From an uncultured Acidobacteriota bacterium (lineage in GTDB: Bacteria > Acidobacteriota > Thermoanaerobaculia > UBA5066 > Gp7-AA6), in the NCBI GenBank assembly GCA_963764715.1, contig CAVXTP010000022.1, positions 224,001 through 288,000 of the forward strand: a DNA stretch of 64,000 nt. Reading direction: 5' to 3'. Made by a program: the position numbers and the translations under genes. The notes beneath the pieces were generated by a model that was given only the letters and a program-made list of their open reading frames with translations, searched no databases and was not told where the DNA came from. Below, piece by piece: positions 54,773-64,000 of this stretch (within the stretch, counting starts at the first letter, position 1; each line of letters opens with the position of its first letter).

Positions 54773-55834
54773 TCAGATCTCCCGGAAGAAAAACCTGTCC
54801 AACACCGACATCCGCTCCTGGAGCTGCTTCGGATCCGGATCCATGAGCCAGAGCGCGGCGTGGATCGAGGAGGCGAGGGAGTTGCCGTCCTGCGGCGTGA
54901 AGCAGAAACCGACGATCTCGTGGCCGCCGGGGACCGCGATCGTGGGGGAGGCGATGACGGCCTGGGACAGGATGCGGCCGTAGTACCCGTGGTCGCGCCC
55001 GAACGAGAAGATCTGGTTGGCCGAGCGGCGCTCGGTCACCGCGATCCGGCGGTTGGCCTTGAGCTTCGAGAGCACCTGCTCCTTCGACGTCGGTTCGGAC
55101 ACGTCCATGTCGAACCACAGGGCGTGCATGTACTGCGTGTTCATCTTCATCGCGGACGAGAAGATCGGCGGCTCCCATCCGATCGTCGAGAGCAGCGCCG
55201 ACGCGTCGCGGGCGTGGTGCGTGCCGAACTCCGGGTCGTCGTGCTTGCCGACCGACGGCGCGGGCGCGAAGCCCGAGTCCTGCGACACGTCGTTCGCCCG
55301 GCGCATGCAGACGAAGCGGCCGCGCGTCAGGATCTTGCCGCCCGCGTCGTTGGTCCCGAGCGTCTTGATGAGGCAGGAGATGTTGTGGGTGTTGCAGGAG
55401 ACGATCTGGAGAAAGCGGTCCTGCCCGGGGATGAGGGCCTCGTCGTTGATCCCCATGGCGTACATCTTTCCGAACCCGAACTCGCTGCCCTGGGCGAGGA
55501 ACCCCCGTGGGCCTGAGATCTTCTCGTAGACCTTCTTGTTCTCGTTGCCGGCCGGGGTGCAGTCGATTACGACGGTCGCCCGCTCGAGGGCCGGGCCGGC
55601 CTCGTGCGAGACCTTGTGCCCGAGGGCCTCGAAGTCGGCGAGCTTGTCGGAATCGACCGCGAGCTTCGCCCCGCGCGCCATGAGGTGATTGACCTTCGCG
55701 CGCTCGGTGGTCATCGGCGTCCGCTTGTGGAAGGTGACCTCGTCGACGCCGAGGTGCTTGCCGAAGTCGGTGAAGAGACCGATCAGCGGCTCTCCGATCG
55801 TGCCCGTCCCGACGATGTGGACGATCCGTTTCAT
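54773..55834 (-). CDS. Archaeal-type (class II) glyceraldehyde-3-phosphate dehydrogenase homolog
   Basis: GTGTIG, VVIDCTP, AQGSE, catalytic IVSCNT, RRAND, THHARD, TQYMH, FGRDHG; colinear with archaeal GAPDH motifs. Confidence 0.82.
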   Translation of the reverse strand: MKRIVHIVGTGTIGEPLIGLFTDFGKHLGVDEVTFHKRTPMTTERAKVNHLMARGAKLAVDSDKLADFEALGHKVSHEAGPALERATVVIDCTPAGNENKKVYEKISGPRGFLAQGSEFGFGKMYAMGINDEALIPGQDRFLQIVSCNTHNISCLIKTLGTNDAGGKILTRGRFVCMRRANDVSQDSGFAPAPSVGKHDDPEFGTHHARDASALLSTIGWEPPIFSSAMKMNTQYMHALWFDMDVSEPTSKEQVLSKLKANRRIAVTERRSANQIFSFGRDHGYYGRILSQAVIASPTIAVPGGHEIVGFCFTPQDGNSLASSIHAALWLMDPDPKQLQERMSVLDRFFFREI

Positions 55835-55920
55835 CGCGTTCTCCTGTCGATCGAAGGCGTTTGGGACCCGGAACGGCGGGAAGGATACGATGAGACGGGC
55901 GATTCGCCAACCGGAGGGCG

Positions 55921-56574
55921 ATGGTGGCGGGCAGGCTTCGTTCCGTGACGTTTCGCGGTCCCGCCGGGGCCCTCGAGGGCCTCTGGAAGGAGGCGTCGCA
56001 ACCGCGCCGGGGCTCGGCGGTCTTCGCGCACCCCCATCCCATGCACGGCGGCACGCTTCACAACAAGGTCGTCTACCGCGCGGCGCAGGCCCTGGCGCGG
56101 TCCGGGTGGGAGACGCTCCGGTTCAACTTCCGGGGCGTCGGGGTGTCGGAGGGCCGGTACGACGCGGGCCGCGGCGAGGTCGAAGACTTCCGGGCGGCCC
56201 TCGACGAGGCCGAGCGCGCGGCCGGCCGGCCGATCGTCGCGGGAGGCTTCTCGTTCGGCTCGGCCGTCGGCCTGAAAGCGGCGGCGGGGGATCCGCGGGT
56301 CGCGGCGTTCGTCGCGCTCGGCGTGCCGCTCGCGACCGAGTCCGGGCGCATGGTGCCGGTGCCCTCGGTCCCGTCGCTCTTCGTCGTCGGCGAGAACGAC
56401 CGCTTCGGGCCGCCCGAGGACCTCGCCCGGTTCCTGGCCGGGCGTCAACGGATGGTCGTCATCCCCGGAGCCGACCACTTCTTCGAAAGCCAGCTCGAGC
56501 TGCTCGGCGAGACGATCCTGGAGTTTCTCGCGTCGCTTCCGGCGGCGACGCCGGCGGCGGAAGCACCGGCGTGA
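55921..56574 (+). CDS. Alpha/beta hydrolase (COG2945-like)
   Basis: HPHPMHGGTLHNKVV, RFNFRGVG, GFSFG nucleophile elbow, GADHFF. Confidence 0.9.
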   Translation: MVAGRLRSVTFRGPAGALEGLWKEASQPRRGSAVFAHPHPMHGGTLHNKVVYRAAQALARSGWETLRFNFRGVGVSEGRYDAGRGEVEDFRAALDEAERAAGRPIVAGGFSFGSAVGLKAAAGDPRVAAFVALGVPLATESGRMVPVPSVPSLFVVGENDRFGPPEDLARFLAGRQRMVVIPGADHFFESQLELLGETILEFLASLPAATPAAEAPA

Positions 56575-57131
56575 GCGCGGGAGCCCGGACGCTCTCGGAG
56601 GAGGCACGGCGGGACCTGCTGCGGCTGGCCCGCACGAGCCTCGAGGCGCACTTCCTCGGCGAGCCCTCTCCGCGGCTCGCGTCGGACCGCGCGGAGGCCT
56701 TCGGGGAGCCCCGGGGCCTCTTCGTCACGCTGTGGAAGGACGGGGACCTGCGCGGCTGCATCGGGACGCTCGCTCCGCACGGCGACCTGACGCGGGTCGT
56801 CGCCGAATACGCGCGACGCGCGGCCTTCGAGGATCCGAGGTTTGCGCCCCTCGACGCCGTCGAGCTTCCCGCCTGCCGCCTCGAGATCTCGGTCCTGACG
56901 GCGCCCCAGCCGATCGCGGGCCTCCACGACATCGAGATCGGGCGGGACGGCCTGATCCTCGAGAGCCGCGGGCGGCGCGGGCTGCTCCTGCCCCAGGTCG
57001 CGACGGAGTGGGGCTTCGACCGCGAACGGTTCGTCCAGGAGGTCTCGCGCAAGGCCGGGCTGCCCCCGGATGCGTGGAAGGACCCGGGCTCCCGGGTCTG
57101 GGTCTTTCAGGCGGAGGTGTTCTCGGAATGA
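56571..57131 (+). CDS. amrA: AMMECR1-domain protein (AmmeMemoRadiSam protein A)
   Basis: GLFVTL..LRGCIGT, AAFEDPRF, LEISVLT, GRDGL, GLLLPQVA, KAGL, FQAEVF. Confidence 0.92.
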   Translation: MSAGARTLSEEARRDLLRLARTSLEAHFLGEPSPRLASDRAEAFGEPRGLFVTLWKDGDLRGCIGTLAPHGDLTRVVAEYARRAAFEDPRFAPLDAVELPACRLEISVLTAPQPIAGLHDIEIGRDGLILESRGRRGLLLPQVATEWGFDRERFVQEVSRKAGLPPDAWKDPGSRVWVFQAEVFSE

Positions 57132-57200
57132 AGGGCATCGGCAACCGGCAGAAAAAGACCGTCCGACCCCGGAAGGCCTGGGTCGCGCCGAAGCCCGCCC

Positions 57201-57959
57201 CTAGAGCCGGCGAAGCGAAGGCGAGTAGAGGAGCAGCGCCGTGGCCACGGCCGCGTTCAAAGAATCGACCGGGGCCCGCATCGGGATCGTGAGCCGGCGG
57301 TCGAGATACCGGTAGGCTCCGGCCGGCAGCCCCGTGCCCTCGGCGCCGACCACGACGACCGAGCGCGGGTCGAGCGGCGCCTCGAACACGTTCTCTCCTC
57401 CGACGGCCGTGGCCCCGCAGACGGGCCGGCCGGCGGCCTTCGCGTCGGCGGCGAAGGGCTCGAACGAGACGCGGCCCGAGACCGGCAGGCGCAGGACGCT
57501 GCCGGCGCTTCCGCGCACGGCGCGAGGATGGAAGAAGTCGGCCGTTCCGGGCGCGGCCACGACCCCGGCGCCCCCGGCGGCCTCGGCCACGCGGACGATG
57601 GCCCCCAGGTTGCCCGGGTCCTGGACGCCGAACGCGAAGACGATGGGCCCTTCCCGCGCCAGGATCTCCGCGACCGGGACGTCCCGTCGCTTCGCGACGG
57701 CGAGCAGGTGCTGCGGCGTGCGGGCGTCGGCGAGACGCTCGAGCACGGCGCGGGAGACGAGGCGCGGGTGCGACGCGGTCAGCGCCGAGAGACGGCCGGG
57801 CCGGATGCTTTCGTCGTGAAGGACGTGCTCGAGCGCGATTCCCGCGGCGACGGCGTCGAGAATCGCCTTTTCGCCCTCGAGCAGGAGATAGGTGCGCTCC
57901 TCGAGGTGGCGCGCGATGTCGCGGATCAGAGGGTTGGACGGAGACTCGATCGCGGGCAC
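57201..57959 (-). CDS. TrmH/SpoU family RNA methyltransferase
   Basis: VQDPGNLGAIVR, VGAEGTGL, IPMRAPVDSLNAAVA. Confidence 0.92.
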   Translation of the reverse strand: MPAIESPSNPLIRDIARHLEERTYLLLEGEKAILDAVAAGIALEHVLHDESIRPGRLSALTASHPRLVSRAVLERLADARTPQHLLAVAKRRDVPVAEILAREGPIVFAFGVQDPGNLGAIVRVAEAAGGAGVVAAPGTADFFHPRAVRGSAGSVLRLPVSGRVSFEPFAADAKAAGRPVCGATAVGGENVFEAPLDPRSVVVVGAEGTGLPAGAYRYLDRRLTIPMRAPVDSLNAAVATALLLYSPSLRRL

Positions 57960-57985
57960 GACGGCCCATGCTATAACCGCGCGCC

Positions 57986-59182
57986 ATGAAGTGGCTCCGC
58001 GGCGAAAAGCTCCTCGCGGCCGCGGCGGAGCACGGGCCGCCCGGGTCGGCGCTGTCGGCGCTCTGGACCTTCCCGGCGATGATCGGGGCGGCCTTCGTCG
58101 TGGCCTGGGGAGCGGAGGCCGCCGAGTTCCTCATCTCGCAGGGCCTCGCCCTCGCGATCCTCGCCCTCATCCAGACGATGCCCGAGTTCGCGGTCGAGGC
58201 CGTCATCGCCTGGAAGGCCGGCAAGAACCCGGACATGGTGCACCTGGCGATCGCCAACTTCACCGGCAGCCTGCGCCTCCTGACCGGCTTCGGCTGGCCC
58301 ATGATCTACGCGGTCGCCGCCTACTTCTCGCGCCGCCGCCGCGGCCGCAAGCTGGGCGCCCTCCACCTCCACGACGAGCATGCCGTCGAGGTCATCGGCC
58401 TCCTGCCGCCCCTCGCCTACTTCGTCCTGGTCTGGGCGAAGGGCAACCTCTCCCTCGTCGACGCGGCCGTGCTGACGGTGACCTACGTGGTCTACCTCTT
58501 CGTCCTGCTCCGGATGCCTCCTCGCGAGGACTCGGAGGAGGAGGACGAGGAAGTCCCGCGGGTGTCGCGCTGGGCCCTGTCCTTCTCGGGCTGGAAGCGG
58601 TGGGCCGCGGTGCTCGGGCTGTTCGTCCTCGGGGGCGCCGTGATCTTCGTCGTCGCCGAGCCCTTCCTCAACTCGATGCTCGCCGTCGCGGTCAGCCTCG
58701 GCATCTCGCAGTTCACCTTCATCCAGTGGGTCGCGCCCTTCATCTCGGAGTTCCCGGAGAAGACCTCCGCCTTCGTGTGGGCCCGCCGGATCACCCGGGC
58801 CCCCGTGGCCCTGATGAACATGGTGTCGTCGAACATCAACCAGTGGGGGGTCCTCTCGGGGCTTCTCGCCGTCGTTTACTGCTGGAGCCACGGGAGCACG
58901 GAGCCGCTGCCGTTCGACGATTTCCAGCGGCTCGAGATCCTGCTGACGATCCTCCAGGCCTTCCTGGGGTGGATCTTCCTCGCGTCGATGACCCTCGAGT
59001 GGTACGAGGCGGCCGGGCTCTTCGTGCTCTGGATCGTCCAGTTCTTCTTCCCGTCGCTCCGCCATACGATGATCTGGGTCTACGGAGGCTGGATCGGCGT
59101 GGAGCTCCTCCTCGTGGCGCTGGGCCGAAAACAGTTCCGGGCTTTCGGCGCGTTCGCCCGCTCCTGGAAGGGGAGGCGTTGA
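57986..59182 (+). CDS. Ca2+/cation antiporter (CaCA superfamily)
   Basis: Alpha-repeats QTMPEFAV..ANFTGS and ISEFPEK..NMVSSNINQW; acidic loop EDSEEEDEE. Confidence 0.82.
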   Translation: MKWLRGEKLLAAAAEHGPPGSALSALWTFPAMIGAAFVVAWGAEAAEFLISQGLALAILALIQTMPEFAVEAVIAWKAGKNPDMVHLAIANFTGSLRLLTGFGWPMIYAVAAYFSRRRRGRKLGALHLHDEHAVEVIGLLPPLAYFVLVWAKGNLSLVDAAVLTVTYVVYLFVLLRMPPREDSEEEDEEVPRVSRWALSFSGWKRWAAVLGLFVLGGAVIFVVAEPFLNSMLAVAVSLGISQFTFIQWVAPFISEFPEKTSAFVWARRITRAPVALMNMVSSNINQWGVLSGLLAVVYCWSHGSTEPLPFDDFQRLEILLTILQAFLGWIFLASMTLEWYEAAGLFVLWIVQFFFPSLRHTMIWVYGGWIGVELLLVALGRKQFRAFGAFARSWKGRR

Positions 59183-60370
59183 TGGATCTGCGTCTCTCGC
59201 GCCGGATCGCGGCCCTCGCCCCGTCGTCCACGACCTCGGCCGGCCGCAAGGCCAAGGCGCTGGCCGCCTCGGGGGTCGACGTCGTGGACCTCTCGATCGG
59301 CGAGCCCGACTTCGCGACCCCCGCCCACGTCGGCCGCGCCGGAGTCCGAGCGATCGAGAACGGCCGCACGAAGTACACCGACGTCGCGGGGGAGGCGGCC
59401 CTCCGGGACGCGATCGCCGCCAAGTACGCCCGGGAGCAGAACGCGAAGGTCGGCCGCGACAGCATCATCGTGACGGCCGGGGCCAAGCAGGCCGTGTTCA
59501 ACGTCTGCATGGCCCTCTTCGACGAGGGCGACGACGTGGCGCTCTTCTCGCCCTACTGGGTCTCGTTTCCCGAGATGGTCCGGCTGACCGGGGCGCGGCC
59601 CCTGTTCGTCGAAACGTCCCTCGAGGACGGCTGGCACGCGCGGGCGAGGTTGCTCGAGGGGGCCGGCGTGGAGCGGGTGCGGGGAGTCATCCTCAACTCG
59701 CCCAACAACCCGACCGGGGCGGTCGTCGACGCCGCGGAGCTCTCGCGGATCGTCGAGTGGTGCGCCGCCCGCCAGGCGTGGCTCATCTACGACGAGACCT
59801 ACGACCGCTTTCTCTACGACGGCCGGTCGCACGCGTCGGCGGCGGCCCGGCGCCCGGACTACGAGCGGGTCGTCGTGACCGGGGCGGCGTCGAAAACCTT
59901 CGCGATGACGGGCTGGCGCCTCGGGTGGGCCATCGGGCCGCCCGAATTGATCACGGCGCTCGCTTCGTTCCAGAGCCACACGACCTCGAACGCCTCGTCG
60001 ATCTCCCAGGCGGCGGCGCTCGAGGCCCTGACGGATCTCGATGGCTCCGCGGCCTCGGTCGACGACATGCTGTCCCACTACGAGACCCGCCGGACAGGCG
60101 ATGGTCGAGGGCCTCGCGTCGATCCCGAACGTCCAGTGTCCGATGCCCGAGGGCGCGTTTTACGCTTTCGCCGACGTTTCGCGCCTCTACGAGCGCAAGG
60201 GCGTCCGGGGCTCGGCCGACTTCTGCGACCGGCTCCTCCAGGAGGCGCACGTGGCGGCCGTGCCGGGCGACGCCTTCGGCGACGACCGCTGCGTCCGGTT
60301 CTCCTTCGCGACGAAGACGGACCGAATCCGCGAGGGCGTGCGCCGGATCGCGGAGTGGACGGGGCGCTAG
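59182..60370 (+). CDS. Class I/II PLP aminotransferase (aspartate aminotransferase-like), frameshift near 60095
   Basis: GEPDF, TAGAKQA, NSPNNPTG, DETY, SKTFAMTGWRLG, PEGAFY, VRFSFA. Confidence 0.92.
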
Positions 60371-60386
60371 CCTCGACGGCCCGCGC

Positions 60387-61319
60387 TCAGGGAATCGGGG
60401 TGGCCGGGGCGGCGCCGACGGGCGCCCGACGGATCGGAGCCGGGGCGGAGAGGGCGCGCTCCGCCCGCTGGTCCAGGAACTCGAGGTAGGAGCCCCACGC
60501 GGCGACGCGCACCGCCGAGCGCACCCAGAGGACCAAGAACTGGAGGAGGAAGAGCCCCGCGATCGCGATCGGCGACGCGGCCGACACCGACCAGGCCAGG
60601 GCGAAGAGACCGAACCATACGGCACCGCCCGCGACGAGCCAGAAGGCAAAGAGCCCGAGGGCCTCCCCCCGGGAGCCGCGCAGCGCCCGTCCGGCGAACC
60701 TCCAGGCGCGCCAGGCTCCGATCGCGGGCACGTAACGCCGCGCGGCGCGCGCGAAATCGTAGTGGAGCGAGAGGACTCCCCACAGGAACACCGCGAGGAC
60801 GCCGAGCCCCCAGTGCCAGGCCGTGCGGCTCGCGGCGTCGGGCGGAACGTTCTCGAAGATCTTCTTCGCGGCCGCGAACGCCCCGCCGAAGAGCGCGCCG
60901 AAGACCACGACGAGGAAGACCGCGAAGAGAAAGAAGCACTTGACGTTGTGCCAGAAGTTCCGCCGGGCGGGCTCGAAGAACTGCCCGAATGCGAACGGCC
61001 CCCGCCCGAGGACACCGATGATTCCGCCGGCGAAGAACATCTGGAGAACGACCGTGAGCAGGAGGCCGTACCGGGAGCCCGACAGGACGCCGGTCACCGC
61101 TGCCGCCTCGAACCGGAGGAAGTCGAAGAAGTCGGTCGGCGCCGCCGTCGGGTGGTTCCTCAGGAAATGATCGCCCGCGAGCGTTCCGCCCAGCTCCTTC
61201 ACGAATACGCCGTGGAGGGGCGCGGCCGTCCCGGCGGCGACGACCGCCGTCGTCACCGCCAGCAGGAGGATGAGCTTGCCGTGACCGAGCGCGCGGAATC
61301 CGGCCGCGAGACTTCTCAT
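60387..61319 (-). CDS. Hypothetical polytopic membrane protein
   Basis: About 6 TM helices from MRSLAAGF; ATGA overlap with the M1 peptidase gene. Confidence 0.75.
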   Translation of the reverse strand: MRSLAAGFRALGHGKLILLLAVTTAVVAAGTAAPLHGVFVKELGGTLAGDHFLRNHPTAAPTDFFDFLRFEAAAVTGVLSGSRYGLLLTVVLQMFFAGGIIGVLGRGPFAFGQFFEPARRNFWHNVKCFFLFAVFLVVVFGALFGGAFAAAKKIFENVPPDAASRTAWHWGLGVLAVFLWGVLSLHYDFARAARRYVPAIGAWRAWRFAGRALRGSRGEALGLFAFWLVAGGAVWFGLFALAWSVSAASPIAIAGLFLLQFLVLWVRSAVRVAAWGSYLEFLDQRAERALSAPAPIRRAPVGAAPATPIP

Positions 61320-63451
61320 GCCAGGACCCACGCGAGCTGGTCCCAGATCCCGAGGAGGAAGGCCGCCAGGCCCGTGTACCTGGCCGGAGCGTGGGGGGAG
61401 AGAACCGCCGCCGCCCCCCGGCCGCTCGCGAGGACCTTCGAATCGTTGAGTCGGTTCCAGTCCCACGCGTTGCGGCGGTCGGGATCGACGACCGCCCAGG
61501 CCAGTTTCGACTTGTAGCGGATTTCGTAGCGCACCCATTTCGCCGCGGCCGGCAGGTCGCGCTCGAGGATGGTCCCGTCTTCGAAGGCGATGCGGGCGTG
61601 GGCCGCGTGCTCCCAGCCTCCGGTGTTGCCGAAGAGGACGCGGATCGCGTAAACCTTGCGCTTCTTGCCCTTCGCCGGAGGCTGCTTGTCCTTCTCGGGA
61701 AGAACGATGCGGCCGTCGTCGAGCGTCACGCGGCCGGCGGAACGATCGAAGACTCCCTCGTCGGGGTTGGCCTCGCGGCACCGGGCGGTGACGACCTCCC
61801 AGTCGAGGCGCGCCGTGCCCTCGACGAGGTTACGGCGGTAGGTCGAGAGGTCCTTTCCCGAGACGCGCTCGAACGTGCGGAAGAAGTCCGTGGTCGTCGG
61901 ATGGCGGAAGGACCACTCCTGGAAGTACGCCCGCTGCGCGCGCGCGAAGACCGTGGCCCCGAGGTCGTTCTTGAGCTGGGCCATGAAGAGGCCGACCTTC
62001 GGGTAGGAGTTGACGCCGTAGGAGGCGCCCGAGGCGTAGCACCAGGCGCAGCGCCGGATCGGGTCGAGGTTGGGAAGGAAGTTGTATTGGGAATGCGCGA
62101 CCGAGATCGAGTCCGTTCCGATGCCCCCCGGGAGGTTGACCTCGTCGCGCTCCCCGTAGGCGAGCGCCATCGCGCGGTGCTCGGAGTCGTCGTTCAGGCC
62201 CTCGTCGAGCCACGACTCCTCGAACTCGTTGGATCCGACCATGCCGTACCAGTACTGGTGGCCGAATTCGTGGATCGTGACGACCTCGACGATCCGGACG
62301 CGCTGGAACGGCCACCGCATCAGGAAACTCTTGATGACGCCGCCCGTGATGAACGTCGGGTACTCCATTCCGGCCGAGCCCATGCCGTCGTCCGGGGGAT
62401 CGACGACCGTCAGGGTCTCGTACGGGTAGGCGCCGTACCAGAGGCCGTAGAAGGACAGGGCTTCCTTCGTGCAGCGCAGGTAGCGGTCGCGAACCGCCTC
62501 GTGGCCGGGCTGGAGGAGGAGCCGGACCTGCACGGGCTTGAGCGCGATCTCGGCTTCCGTCATGCCGAGCTCCTGCGCCGCCTTGGCGCTCCAGCCCGCG
62601 GGGACGTCGCGGGCCGGGTCGAAGGTGAACTCGGTGACGAGCCAGCGCGGGTCGGCCGTCCAGGCGAAGTCGTGGACGTCGTTCTGCACGTAGCGATACG
62701 TCGTCTTGTCGCCCGACTTCGTCTCCGAGACGCGCTTTCCCGTCGCTCCGACGATGAACTTCGACGGGACCGTCATGGAGACGTCGAAGCGGCCGTAGTC
62801 GGCGTAGAACTCGGAGTTGCCGTGGAACGCGTGGCAGTTCCAGCCGCCGGTCCTGCGCTCCCGCATCCCGGCCGGCTCGTAGACGCCGATCTTCGGAAAC
62901 CACTGGCCGACGAGGAAGTAGTCGCGCACGAAGCCCGTTCGGGCGAAGATGCGCGGAAGCTTGGCGTCGAAGACGACGTCGAGGACGATCTCCCCGCGCG
63001 GGGGAACGGGGGAGGAGAGCGGGACGGCGAGCACCGTCTGGTCGTCCGGGTCGTTGCCGTCGGGCTGGATGAAGCGGGCCCGGGGCCGAAGCTCCTCGCC
63101 GGCGGCCGTCTTCATCGAGGAGACGTCGATCCAGCCCCAGTCGGCTGGCTTGTCGCCCGCCTCGTCGCCCCGCAGCTGTCCCCCGGATTCGCGCATGAAG
63201 GTCGTGCGGTTGTTCTTGAAGCCGTTCAGGTACAGGTGGAACCGCAGCTCGGAGACCGTGTCGGTCGAGGGGTTGCGCCAGGTCAGGCGCTCGCGGCCGT
63301 GGAGCATCTTCGTCGCCGGGTCGAGCGAGACCTCGATCCGGTACTCGACGACCGGCGGGGACGGCGGCGCGGCCGCCGCGGCCGGCCGGGCGGGCGCGGC
63401 GAGGGCCAGGGCCGCGAGCGGCGCTCCAAGGACTTTCCCGGAGATTCGCAT
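61316..63451 (-). CDS. Exported M1-family Zn metallopeptidase
   Basis: Signal peptide, GQWFPK, VHDFAW, GMEYP, HEFGHQYWYG..EESWLDEG. Confidence 0.92.
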   Translation of the reverse strand: MRISGKVLGAPLAALALAAPARPAAAAAPPSPPVVEYRIEVSLDPATKMLHGRERLTWRNPSTDTVSELRFHLYLNGFKNNRTTFMRESGGQLRGDEAGDKPADWGWIDVSSMKTAAGEELRPRARFIQPDGNDPDDQTVLAVPLSSPVPPRGEIVLDVVFDAKLPRIFARTGFVRDYFLVGQWFPKIGVYEPAGMRERRTGGWNCHAFHGNSEFYADYGRFDVSMTVPSKFIVGATGKRVSETKSGDKTTYRYVQNDVHDFAWTADPRWLVTEFTFDPARDVPAGWSAKAAQELGMTEAEIALKPVQVRLLLQPGHEAVRDRYLRCTKEALSFYGLWYGAYPYETLTVVDPPDDGMGSAGMEYPTFITGGVIKSFLMRWPFQRVRIVEVVTIHEFGHQYWYGMVGSNEFEESWLDEGLNDDSEHRAMALAYGERDEVNLPGGIGTDSISVAHSQYNFLPNLDPIRRCAWCYASGASYGVNSYPKVGLFMAQLKNDLGATVFARAQRAYFQEWSFRHPTTTDFFRTFERVSGKDLSTYRRNLVEGTARLDWEVVTARCREANPDEGVFDRSAGRVTLDDGRIVLPEKDKQPPAKGKKRKVYAIRVLFGNTGGWEHAAHARIAFEDGTILERDLPAAAKWVRYEIRYKSKLAWAVVDPDRRNAWDWNRLNDSKVLASGRGAAAVLSPHAPARYTGLAAFLLGIWDQLAWVLA

Positions 63452-63505
63452 GAACGGGCCGAATGCTGTCCCGTGCCCCCCCGGGGAGTCAATACAATTC
63501 CCCGG

Positions 63506-64000
63506 ATGCGGACCGCGCTTCTCACGGGAGGAACGGGCTTCGTGGGCAGCCACGTCGCGCGCGCGCTCGTCCGGGAAGGCTGGTCGGTCCGCCTTCTCGC
63601 GCGGGACCCGGGGCGGGTCGATCCCGCCCTCGTCTCGGGTCAGCCGATCGAAGTCCTCGCCGGCAGCCTCGACGATCGTCCGTCCCTCGCGCGGGCCGTC
63701 GCGGGAGTCGGCGCGATCGTCCACGTGGCCGGCCTGACCAAGGCGCGCACGCTCTCGGAATATCGGGACGTCAACGTCGGCGGAACCGAGCGCCTGATCG
63801 AAGCGGCGCGGCAGGCGTCGCCCGAAGCGCACTTCGTCCTGGTGTCGAGCCAGGCGGCGGCCGGCCCCTCGACGGGTGGTCGGCCGATCGGACACGCGGA
63901 CCCGGCACGGCCGATCTCGTGGTACGGGGTCTCCAAGCGGGAGGGCGAGAAGGCGGTGGAGCGTGCCTGGCCGGGGCCGTGGACCGTCCTGCGTCCGGGA
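63506..64000 (+). CDS. NAD-dependent epimerase/dehydratase (extended SDR), truncated by the window end
   Basis: Manual translation: MRTALLTGGTGFVGSHV, IVHVAG, VNVGGT, VSSQAA, YGVSK (YxxxK). Confidence 0.88.
   Translation, partial: MRTALLTGGTGFVGSHVARALVREGWSVRLLARDPGRVDPALVSGQPIEVLAGSLDDRPSLARAVAGVGAIVHVAGLTKARTLSEYRDVNVGGTERLIEAARQASPEAHFVLVSSQAAAGPSTGGRPIGHADPARPISWYGVSKREGEKAVERAWPGPWTVLRPG

Noticed and set aside
57128-57292. Short basic ORF MKGIGNRQKKTVRPRKAW.. overlapping the amrA stop
   Set aside because: Runs antisense into the TrmH gene and matches no family I recognise; cannot be supported without conservation or Ribo-seq data.
63481-63505. Inverted repeat CCGGGGA..TCCCCGG in the divergent M1 peptidase/SDR promoter
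   Set aside because: Seven-bp GC-rich arms around a -10 hexamer are likely by chance at this GC content; no regulator nearby.

Overview
A very GC-rich (roughly 70%) window from a diderm bacterium. Gene order and content suggest Acidobacteriota, possibly Thermoanaerobaculia (inference). It is mostly core envelope and housekeeping DNA: lysS-lolC/E-lolD-clpC-bamA-skp-lpxD-fabZ-lpxA-gnnA-like-mtnP-PfkB kinase-ribH-nusB, leuS-lptE, rpsT, a complete tol-pal-cpoB operon, a MacAB-type exporter, an Opp-type ABC system, coaD and aqpZ. Many essential genes are split by single-base frameshifts, most likely long-read assembly indels. I saw no rRNA, tRNA, CRISPR array, transposase or prophage. The best lead is an unannotated exported leader ORF (1797-2132, minus strand) with a His/CPAC metal motif and a C-terminal RSPP arrest-like motif. 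Its last codons can base-pair with the Shine-Dalgarno of the downstream porin and metal-ABC binding-protein operon, suggesting a CruR/CutF-like metal-sensing translational switch on a Zn/Mn-type uptake system, set back-to-back with a CDF exporter. Other leads are an archaeal-type (class II) GAPDH homolog, a double Zn-ribbon plus 4Fe-4S protein, an aqpZ-LEA-like pair, an S55 protease plus beta-propeller pair, two inverted heptamer-repeat elements and widespread leaderless-type promoters. All protein calls come from motif recognition by eye, not database searches.
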